Below, one piece after another: positions 56,651-64,000 of a DNA stretch of 64,000 bases. The stretch's first letter is position 1. Every line of letters begins with the position of its first letter. The position numbers and the translations under genes are program-made. The notes beneath the pieces were generated by a model, which worked only from the letters and a program-made list of their open reading frames with translations, did not search any database and had not been told where the DNA came from. The stretch covers positions 8,106 through 72,105 of the forward strand of contig CAZFLX010000004.1 of assembly GCA_964519885.1 (NCBI GenBank). The letters run 5' to 3'. Origin of the DNA: an uncultured Francisella sp. GTDB taxonomy: Bacteria > Pseudomonadota > Gammaproteobacteria > Thiomicrospirales > Thiomicrospiraceae.

Positions 56651-57937
56651 ATGGCTCGCAGTAAAAAACAAGCACCCAATGTTGTCGTTGTGTTAGATAT
56701 TGGCACTTCAAAAATTGTTGCCTTGGTTGCCAAGGTAAGTCACCACGGGCGTATGGAGTTGATCGGTATGGGGCGTCATCCCTCGCGGGGTTTGCGTCGC
56801 GGTGTGGTGGTGGATATTGACGCCACTGTCGATGCCATTCAACATGCGGTCGATGCCGCCGAACAGATGGCCGGTGTGGTGATTGAACACGCCTATGTGG
56901 GTATTGCGGGCAGCCATGTTAAGAGTTACAACCAGCACAGCATGGTGACGGTTGCAGGCGATGAAATTGGCACCAATGACGTGGAACGGGTGGTCGATGA
57001 TGCGGTGAAACGTATTTCCATTCCCGGTGATCAAAAGCCCTTACATATTTTAACGCAAGAATTTATTGTCGATAATCAACCCGGAATTCGCCAGCCCGTG
57101 GGTATGGCGGGTGTGTCGCTAGAAGCACGTGTGCACATGATTACCGGTGCGGTGTCGGCCGTGCGTAACCTAACGCGTTGTGTTGAAAACTGCGGTTTGA
57201 AAGTGGATGATGTGGTACTAGAGCAACTGGCTTCTGCCGAAGCGGTGTTATTGCAAGATGAAAAAGATCTGGGTGTCTGCTTAATTGATATTGGCGCAGG
57301 CACGACTGATGTAGCGGTGATTTTGCAAGGGGCGATGCATTACACAGCCGTCATTCCTGTCGGTGGCGATCAAGTCACCAATGACATTGCAGCGGTGTTG
57401 CGCACGCCCATTCATGCGGCGGAAGACATCAAACGCAACTATGGTTGTGCCTTGCCGCAATTAGTCAGTCCCGATGAAGAAATCGAAGTGGCTAGCGTTG
57501 GCGATCGTCCAGCACGCATGATTAAGCGTCACACCTTAGTTGACGTGGTTGAAGCGCGTTTTGCCGAGATTTTCCAACTGGTGCAACAAGAGTTGCACGT
57601 GAGTGGCTACGATCAAGCCATTCGCGCCGGCGGCATTGTTTTAACCGGTGGTTCTTCGCAAATTGAAGGCTGTGTGGAATTGGCCGAAGAAATTTTCGGC
57701 ATGCCGGTTCGTTTGGGTCTGCCAGAAACTAAAGGTGGTTTAAGCACACAGCTGCGTGATGCGTCTTATGCGACCGGAGTCGGCTTGTTGAAATATGCAA
57801 GCGAACATTTAGATGGTGTGACCATCGTTGAAGATGACGATGATGTGAATGAAACGGTGATTCATGCGCGCCCCACGGCACGTGAAGAGGCAGGCATGGT
57901 CGATAAAATGAAGTCATGGTTTGCGCGTCACTTTTAA
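56651..57937 (+). CDS. ftsA: cell division protein FtsA
   Basis: Start set at ATG 56651, after AGGAAA. VVVVLDIGTSKIVALV, IDIGAGTTDV and a C-terminal amphipathic helix ...KMKSWFARHF. Confidence 0.94.
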   Translation: MARSKKQAPNVVVVLDIGTSKIVALVAKVSHHGRMELIGMGRHPSRGLRRGVVVDIDATVDAIQHAVDAAEQMAGVVIEHAYVGIAGSHVKSYNQHSMVTVAGDEIGTNDVERVVDDAVKRISIPGDQKPLHILTQEFIVDNQPGIRQPVGMAGVSLEARVHMITGAVSAVRNLTRCVENCGLKVDDVVLEQLASAEAVLLQDEKDLGVCLIDIGAGTTDVAVILQGAMHYTAVIPVGGDQVTNDIAAVLRTPIHAAEDIKRNYGCALPQLVSPDEEIEVASVGDRPARMIKRHTLVDVVEARFAEIFQLVQQELHVSGYDQAIRAGGIVLTGGSSQIEGCVELAEEIFGMPVRLGLPETKGGLSTQLRDASYATGVGLLKYASEHLDGVTIVEDDDDVNETVIHARPTAREEAGMVDKMKSWFARHF

Positions 57938-57988
57938 TATTGATTTAAGTCGCTTGAACAGCGCTTGGTCAGTTTACGACACGCCTTG

Positions 57989-57997
57989 TGTTATAAT
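57989..57997 (+). promoter_or_regulatory. candidate extended -10 promoter element for lpxC
   Basis: TGTTATAAT lies 30 nt upstream of the lpxC ATG. No good -35 element. Confidence 0.35.
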
Positions 57998-58026
57998 GAG
58001 CCAATTTTTTCATGGAAAGTGAACCG

Positions 58027-58941
58027 ATGCTAAAGCAACGGACCATTAAAAACCCCATTCGAGCCCGAGGCGTGGGCTTACATACGGGTCATCATGGCTT
58101 GATGACCATGCGCCCGGCACCAGTGAACACCGGCATAGTATTCCGTCGTGTCGACTTAGATCCTGTGGTCGAAATTCCCGTTAATCCCAATGCGGTTACT
58201 GAAACGGTGCTCTGCACCACACTCAGTCATGGTGATGCCAAAATCTCTACGGTAGAACACCTCATGTCGGCTCTGGCAGGCTTTGGTATTGATAATCTGT
58301 ACATTGATTGCGACAGTGATGAAGTGCCGATTATGGATGGTAGCGCTTCGCATTTTATTTTCTTGCTGCAATCGGCCGGTATCGCTGAACAAGAAGCGGA
58401 TAAGCGCTTTATTCGTATCAAAAAAACCATTCGTATTGAAACCGATAAAGGTGATTGGGCGCAGTTTGAACCCTATGAAGGTTTTAAACTCAGTTTTAGT
58501 ATCGATTTCGATCACCCGGCTTTCGATGAAACCGCTAACCATATCGTGATTGAGTTCTCCTCAACCAGTTACCTGAAAGAAATTTCTCGCGCCCGAACCT
58601 TTGGTTTTATGAAAGATGTGGAAGCCTTGCGCAAGCGCAATTTAGCCTTGGGCGGTAGTTTAGAAAATGCCATTGTGCTCGATGAAAATGGTGTCATGAA
58701 CCCAGAAGGGCTGCGTAATCAAGATGAATTTGTACGCCATAAGGTCTTAGACGCAGTAGGCGATTTATACATGATTGGTTCAGGTATCGTCGGTGCTTTT
58801 TCCGCTTACCGTTCGGGTCATGCGTTGAATAACAAGTTGTTGCGTAGCCTATTAGCTCAACCCGATGCTTGGGAATACACCAATTTATCGGATTTGGCCG
58901 GTGCGATCAGTTACGAAGAAAACCCTGGCGCAATCAATTAG
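58027..58941 (+). CDS. lpxC: UDP-3-O-acyl-N-acetylglucosamine deacetylase
   Basis: Start set at ATG 58027 ([21 protein letters not shown]). [23 protein letters not shown]. Confidence 0.95.
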   Translation: MLKQRTIKNPIRARGVGLHTGHHGLMTMRPAPVNTGIVFRRVDLDPVVEIPVNPNAVTETVLCTTLSHGDAKISTVEHLMSALAGFGIDNLYIDCDSDEVPIMDGSASHFIFLLQSAGIAEQEADKRFIRIKKTIRIETDKGDWAQFEPYEGFKLSFSIDFDHPAFDETANHIVIEFSSTSYLKEISRARTFGFMKDVEALRKRNLALGGSLENAIVLDENGVMNPEGLRNQDEFVRHKVLDAVGDLYMIGSGIVGAFSAYRSGHALNNKLLRSLLAQPDAWEYTNLSDLAGAISYEENPGAIN

Positions 58942-58947
58942 GTCAAC

Positions 58948-59388
58948 TTAGTTAGCCGATGCTGACTTTTTAGCCAATTGTTGAATGAGTTTTTCGAGCG
59001 CTTGCGTTAGCGGTTCTTGCGGGGTTAATTGTTGGCTCAGTGCGATTAATGATGCCAGTTCAGTTTCGTTGGGTGGTGTGCGAATGAAGCTTTTTGCTGT
59101 CGTAGGCTGTTCAGTGCGTTGCGCAGCAATATGCACATGCAGTTCCGTCACTTGCTGATCGTGACAAGCGCTCAACAGTTGACGACTGCTTAGTCTAAAG
59201 CGACTGGCCCAATTGGCACTGGTGGTCAACAGGTGTAGTTGATGATGATCAACATAAGCATCTAACAATGCTTGTTGTGCTTTGTCTGACAAGCAGGAGA
59301 GCAAACGCTCACGTAAACTCAATCTGTGGGTTAATTGTTGCGTTAAATTAGCCAGTTGAGGCTGGTGGCGAGAAAATAGGGTTTGCAT
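58948..59388 (-). CDS. DUF721 / DciA-like protein (tentative)
   Basis: 146 aa. The core ...HQLHLLTTSANWASRFRLSSRQLLSAC...VTELHVHI fits the DUF721 pattern (strand, xxWAxxLR helix, strand). Divergent from secA. Confidence 0.5.
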   Translation of the reverse strand: MQTLFSRHQPQLANLTQQLTHRLSLRERLLSCLSDKAQQALLDAYVDHHQLHLLTTSANWASRFRLSSRQLLSACHDQQVTELHVHIAAQRTEQPTTAKSFIRTPPNETELASLIALSQQLTPQEPLTQALEKLIQQLAKKSASAN

Positions 59389-59472
59389 TTGGCGTTAGGC
59401 TCGCGGGCTTCTCGGTCAATCATGAATGGTTCAATATTTAGAAATTAAGACATAGTTTACTGGAAAAATGAC

Positions 59473-62217
59473 ATGATCTCTCGACTCATTAAAACAATTT
59501 TTGGTTCACGTCATGAGCGCTTAGTAAAAGGTTATCGTAAGCGCGTTCAAGCCATTAATGCCTTAGAACCCAGTATGCAAGCCCTGAGTGACGAAGCCTT
59601 GTCAGCAAAAACCGCTGAGTTTAAGGATCGCTTAGCTAATGGCGAGCGTCTTGAAAATCTCATCACCGAAGCTTTTGCTGTGGTGCGTGAAGCGGCAGTA
59701 CGTGTATTCGGTATGCGCCATTTCGATGTGCAAATGATTGGCGGCATGGTACTGAATGATGGACGTATTGCTGAAATGCTCACCGGTGAAGGTAAAACCC
59801 TCACCAGTACCCTCGCCATTTACTTAAATGCATTGACCGGTCAGGGTGTGCATGTCATTACAGTCAACGATTATCTCGCCCAACGTGATGCGGCTTTAAT
59901 GGGGCAGTTGTACGGCTTTTTAGGGCTGACCACGGGTGTGATTTTGTCGGGTCATCAACAAGGTACAGACGAAAAACGTGCTGCTTATGCCTGTGATGTG
60001 ACCTACGGTACGAATAACGAATTTGGTTTCGATTACCTGCGAGACAATATGGTGATGTCTTCGGCGGAGCGCGTCCAGCGTGGTTTAAATTATGCCGTTA
60101 TTGACGAAGTCGATTCGATTTTGATTGATGAAGCCAGAACACCGTTGATTATTTCGGGTGCCAGTGAAGACAAGAGCGCACTTTATGTCGCCATCAATCA
60201 AATTACTCCTCATTTAACCAAGCAGATTGGTGAAGGTGATGAGGTTGAACAAGAAGGTGACTTCACCGTCGATGAAAAAACACGTCAGGTGCTGCTCACG
60301 GAGCAGGGTCATAGTCATGTCGAAGCCTTATTAACTGAAGCAGGCTTATTGGCGGAAGGCTCTAGCTTGTATGATGTGGGCAATATTGCGCTGATGCATC
60401 ATGTTTTAGCCAGTTTAAAAGCGCATCATATTTTTATGCGCAACAAAGATTACATCATTAAAGAAGGTGAGATCGTCATTATTGACGAGTTTACCGGTCG
60501 TCAAATGGCGGGTCGTCGTTGGTCGGAAGGCATTCACCAAGCCATTGAAGCGAAAGAAGGTGTGTCGATTCAAGCAGAAAGCCAAACCTTGGCTTCGATT
60601 ACCTTCCAAAATTATTTCCGTCAATACAAACGCTTGTCGGGTATGACAGGTACTGCCGATACTGAAGCGGCTGAGTTGATGCAGATTTATAAACTCGAAG
60701 TCGTGCCCATTCCACCGAATCGTCCTGTGCAACGGGTGGATAGTCAAGACGCAGTTTATATGACGCAAAAAGACAAGTATGCGGCGATTGTGGCGGATAT
60801 TGAACATCGTCGTGCTGCGGGTCAGCCCATTTTGGTGGGTACAGCGTCGATTGAAGCGTCGGAATTATTGTCGGCTTATCTAACACAAAAGCATATTGCG
60901 CATGAAATCCTCAATGCGAAGCAGCACGAGCGCGAAGCCTACATTATTGCCCAAGCGGGTCGTCCTGGTGCGGTAACCATCGCCACCAATATGGCCGGCC
61001 GTGGAACGGATATTGTGTTGGGCGGAAACTGGGAAATGGAAGCCAAGGCCTTGGGCGATGCTGATCCTGCTCATATCCAGGCCATGAAAGCGGAATGGCA
61101 AGCGCGTCATGAAGCCGTTAAGGCGTCGGGTGGGTTGCATGTGATTGGTACGGAACGCCATGAGTCACGTCGTATCGATAACCAATTGCGCGGTCGTTCG
61201 GGTCGTCAGGGTGATCCAGGTTCTAGCCGTTTTTACTTGTCGTTAGAAGATGATCTGTTGCGCATTTTTGCCGGTGATAAATTGCGTGGCATGATGCAAA
61301 AATTGGGCATGAAAGAAGGCGATGTCATTGAACATCCGTGGCTGAATCGTTCGATTGAAAATGCCCAGCGTAAAGTCGAAGGTCGTAACTTTGATGTGCG
61401 TAAGCAACTGTTAGAATACGACAATGTGGCGAATGACCAACGTCAGGCTATTTATGCGCAGCGTAATGATGTGCTTGATGCACAAGATCTGAGCGACTGG
61501 ATGAGCGAGATGCGCTTGGACGTGATGAATCAGGTTATTGATCTTTATATGCCTGCTGCCAGTCTGGAAGAAGAGTGGAATTTGGATGGTTTGGAACACG
61601 CCTTAGCGGAAAACTTTGGTGAGTCTTTCCCTGTGAAACAGTGGGTGGCTGAAGATGCACGCATTAATGAAGCGGGTATTCGTGCGCGTATTCTGGAAGG
61701 CTTGGAAGCCAGCTATGCCGCGAAACGTGAGTCCTTTGGCGTTGACCTAATGAATCATTTGGAGCGCGTATTCTTACTGCAGACTTTAGATCATTTGTGG
61801 CGCGAACACTTGGCAAGCATGGATTACCTGCGTGCGGGTATTCATTTACGGGGTTATGCGCAGAAAAATCCTGTACAAGAGTTCAAGCGTGAAGCCTTTG
61901 AAATGTTCCGCGCCTTTATGGATAACGTCAAATTGGAAACAGTTAAGGCTTTGTCGTTGGTGCGTGTGCGTAGTGAAGAGGAAATTGCCGCCTTGGAAGC
62001 GCTAGAGCGCTCTCAGCAACCTGAGCTGATTGCGGAACACAACGAAGCGGCGAATGTATATGGTCACGAGCCAGCCGCTGAGCCAAGCTTTGCTGGTGAT
62101 CCACTGCCAGAAGGGCATCGTCCGCAAGTGCGTCATGATCCTAAAATTGGTCGTAATGATCCCTGTCCTTGTGGTTCGGGTAAAAAGTATAAGCAGTGCT
62201 GCGGTAAACTCGTTTAA
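59473..62217 (+). CDS. secA: preprotein translocase ATPase SecA
   Basis: 914 aa. MLTGEGKTL Walker [30 protein letters not shown] and a C-terminal zinc finger [14 protein letters not shown]. Confidence 0.97.
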   Translation: MISRLIKTIFGSRHERLVKGYRKRVQAINALEPSMQALSDEALSAKTAEFKDRLANGERLENLITEAFAVVREAAVRVFGMRHFDVQMIGGMVLNDGRIAEMLTGEGKTLTSTLAIYLNALTGQGVHVITVNDYLAQRDAALMGQLYGFLGLTTGVILSGHQQGTDEKRAAYACDVTYGTNNEFGFDYLRDNMVMSSAERVQRGLNYAVIDEVDSILIDEARTPLIISGASEDKSALYVAINQITPHLTKQIGEGDEVEQEGDFTVDEKTRQVLLTEQGHSHVEALLTEAGLLAEGSSLYDVGNIALMHHVLASLKAHHIFMRNKDYIIKEGEIVIIDEFTGRQMAGRRWSEGIHQAIEAKEGVSIQAESQTLASITFQNYFRQYKRLSGMTGTADTEAAELMQIYKLEVVPIPPNRPVQRVDSQDAVYMTQKDKYAAIVADIEHRRAAGQPILVGTASIEASELLSAYLTQKHIAHEILNAKQHEREAYIIAQAGRPGAVTIATNMAGRGTDIVLGGNWEMEAKALGDADPAHIQAMKAEWQARHEAVKASGGLHVIGTERHESRRIDNQLRGRSGRQGDPGSSRFYLSLEDDLLRIFAGDKLRGMMQKLGMKEGDVIEHPWLNRSIENAQRKVEGRNFDVRKQLLEYDNVANDQRQAIYAQRNDVLDAQDLSDWMSEMRLDVMNQVIDLYMPAASLEEEWNLDGLEHALAENFGESFPVKQWVAEDARINEAGIRARILEGLEASYAAKRESFGVDLMNHLERVFLLQTLDHLWREHLASMDYLRAGIHLRGYAQKNPVQEFKREAFEMFRAFMDNVKLETVKALSLVRVRSEEEIAALEALERSQQPELIAEHNEAANVYGHEPAAEPSFAGDPLPEGHRPQVRHDPKIGRNDPCPCGSGKKYKQCCGKLV

Positions 62218-62251
62218 CGAGGTTCATTTCTACAACCCTCCTCGGGCGAGG

Positions 62252-62281
62252 CAAAAAAGCGACTAAAAGTCGCTTTTTTTA
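62252..62281 (+). terminator. rho-independent terminator after secA
   Basis: AGCGACT aaa AGTCGCT stem followed by seven T residues. Confidence 0.8.
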
Positions 62282-62443
62282 TAGGGTCTTTTCATTGAAA
62301 TGTCATCTAGGCAAGCGTAGAATGTTAAACATAAAAAAATTATAAATGCTTGCTTGGGTGATAGTACGAATTAGCTTTATTTTTCGTCGATGTCTAAACC
62401 TTGATGCCAAGCAGACTTCTGGTTAACGAAAGGATAGAGATGT

Positions 62444-64000
62444 ATGACAATTAAAATGAAATTGATCTTGCTGGGACTGGCAGGTTTGCTAGCCAGCTTA
62501 ATCATTGCAGGATTAGGATTATGGGGAATGAGCACCAATGTGCAAACTGTCAGTAGTCTTTACAACGACCGAGTCGTTCCCCTGCGAGATCTCAAACAAA
62601 TCGCTGATAATTACGCCGTGAACATTGTGGATACCAGTCATAAGTTACGCAATGGCAATATTGACTGGACTGAAGCGAACAACAGCATGTTGAAGGCTCA
62701 AAAACTGATTCATGACAAATGGCAAGCCTACTTAACAACCAAGATGGCACCGGAAGAGCAACTCATCATTGATCGTATTAAGCCATTGTTGGTGAAGACG
62801 GATGAAAAGTTGTCACAGCTCATGAACGTCATTCGTCAGCAGGATGCACAAGCACTCGAGCAGTTTACCATTAATCAGTTATATCCTGCGATTGATCCGA
62901 TTTCAGAAGAGTTTGCTCAATTAATTGACGTGCAATTGACCATTGCTGATCGAGATTTTCATCAAATGATGAGTGCGTATCAACTGAGTAAATGGATCGT
63001 TATCGCTGTATTGCTATTAAGTTTGCTGATTATGATCCTGATGGTGATTTCGGTTATTAAAGGCGTGCTTGAAAGTACCCATCGAATGAGTAGTGCTATG
63101 AATGAAGCCATGCAGGGTAATTTTAAATATCAAATGGTGATAACGGGTAATGATGAGATTACCCCCTCGATGCATGCATTAAATGGCTTGATGAGTTCTT
63201 TAGATAAAGCCATTACCGAGGCCAACCATGTCGTCGGTGCTATTGCCAATGCCGACTTTAATCAACGTATGCAAGGTAATTATGCGGGTGATTTGAATCA
63301 TTTAAAACTAGGCATTAATGCGTCTGCTGAATCGGTATCTTTCATGATGGCTGAATTGGAAAAAGTGATGAAAGCCTTACAGCAAGGCAATTTGGGTATT
63401 CAAATGGATACACGGGTTCCAGCAGATTTCCGACATTCGGTTGATGTCGCCCTTGGCAGCCTGAATCAAATTGTTGCCGACATCAACCAGATCATGCAAC
63501 GCCTCAATGACGGTAACTTCGATGCTCGCGTCAACGCCAATGCCCAAGGCGACTTGCTCAACATGAAGCAAGCGGTCAATGGCACCTTAGACACACTAGA
63601 GCATCTGGTTGATGATCTAGTTCGCATGGCACAAGCGCAAATGGAAGGTGACTTAACCCTTGTCTCTCAAGGAAATTACAAAGGACGTTTCAAAGAACTG
63701 CAAGACGCCCGAGCCGCCTCAACCAATCGCATTAAAGAAGTGGTTAACATGGCGCTCGAAGCCTCTCATGTCGTATCTGATGCCGCTGGTCAAGTCTCAC
63801 AAGGCTCAAGCGATCTTTCATCGCGCGTACAAGAACAAGCTGCTGCGCTAGAGCAAACCAGTGCCACCATGCACCAAATGACCTCAGCCGTAGAAGCCAA
63901 CACCGAAAACGCCAGCCGCGTTGCCAGCCTAGCCCATCAAGTGCAAGGTCAATCGACAGACGGCGTGCAAGTGATGCAACAAACCATCGAAGCCATGCGC
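62444..64000 (+). CDS. methyl-accepting chemotaxis protein, 3' end outside window
   Basis: I translated 519 codons by hand with no stop; the gene is not in the ORF track because no stop falls in the window. It has an N-terminal TM segment, a 4-helix-bundle sensor (YNDRVVPLRDLKQIADNYAVNIVD), a second TM segment, serial HAMP-like units, then the signalling domain (LSSRVQEQAAALEQTSATMHQMTSAVEANTENA). Confidence 0.88.
   Translation, partial: MTIKMKLILLGLAGLLASLIIAGLGLWGMSTNVQTVSSLYNDRVVPLRDLKQIADNYAVNIVDTSHKLRNGNIDWTEANNSMLKAQKLIHDKWQAYLTTKMAPEEQLIIDRIKPLLVKTDEKLSQLMNVIRQQDAQALEQFTINQLYPAIDPISEEFAQLIDVQLTIADRDFHQMMSAYQLSKWIVIAVLLLSLLIMILMVISVIKGVLESTHRMSSAMNEAMQGNFKYQMVITGNDEITPSMHALNGLMSSLDKAITEANHVVGAIANADFNQRMQGNYAGDLNHLKLGINASAESVSFMMAELEKVMKALQQGNLGIQMDTRVPADFRHSVDVALGSLNQIVADINQIMQRLNDGNFDARVNANAQGDLLNMKQAVNGTLDTLEHLVDDLVRMAQAQMEGDLTLVSQGNYKGRFKELQDARAASTNRIKEVVNMALEASHVVSDAAGQVSQGSSDLSSRVQEQAAALEQTSATMHQMTSAVEANTENASRVASLAHQVQGQSTDGVQVMQQTIEAMR

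Noticed and set aside
62300-62443. Searched for a sigma28 (FliA) promoter upstream of the chemoreceptor gene.
   Set aside because: Only a poor match (…TCGTCGATGT…) is present, with no correctly spaced TAAA -35 element. It is not reportable.
1-64000. Looked for CRISPR arrays, transposases, integrases, phage genes, toxin-antitoxin pairs and known defence-system hallmarks.
   Set aside because: I saw no regularly spaced direct repeats, and no ORF with transposase, integrase, nuclease-helicase or other defence-type motifs. Essentially every ORF above 100 aa is accounted for by housekeeping, envelope or signalling functions.

Overview
This window is mostly core chromosome from a gammaproteobacterium. 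The soxXYZA thiosulfate-oxidation genes, the Pseudomonas-like fis-purH-purD and tRNA-Gln-prs-rplY-pth-ychF neighbourhoods, and a type-A RNase P RNA suggest a Thiomicrospira/Hydrogenovibrio-like sulfur oxidiser. That assignment is inference only, because no rRNA lies in the window. Left to right the content is: the 3' end of an RND pump; rplM-rpsI; a minus-strand signalling island (atypical OmpR-type regulator, a paralogous orphan ORF, DUF465, a 1545-aa hybrid kinase, an HD-GYP regulator); purD, a Trx-MsrB lipoprotein, purH and fis; rpsT; a ttcA-lpxL-methyltransferase-gmhA group; a tightly packed RR-HK-outer-membrane-barrel-small-periplasmic-protein module; ispB, a DedA protein and rlmL; tRNA-Gln-prs-rplY-pth-ychF; queE; soxXYZA; a bepA-like gene, dolP, yraN and lpoA opposite rsmI; rnpB; a full dcw cluster; lpxC; a DciA-like ORF; secA; and the 5' part of a poly-HAMP chemoreceptor that runs off the window (absent from the ORF track because it has no stop). 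I found no CRISPR array, transposase, integrase, phage gene or recognisable defence system. The most unusual observation is gene order: ftsZ lies between rsmH and ftsL, and the usual ftsA-ftsZ-lpxC position is empty. The next two are a response regulator whose extra C-terminal domain is paralogous to the adjacent orphan ORF, and the four-gene sensory/envelope module at 19.9-24.1 kb. All calls come from reading the translations and the DNA by eye; no database search was run.
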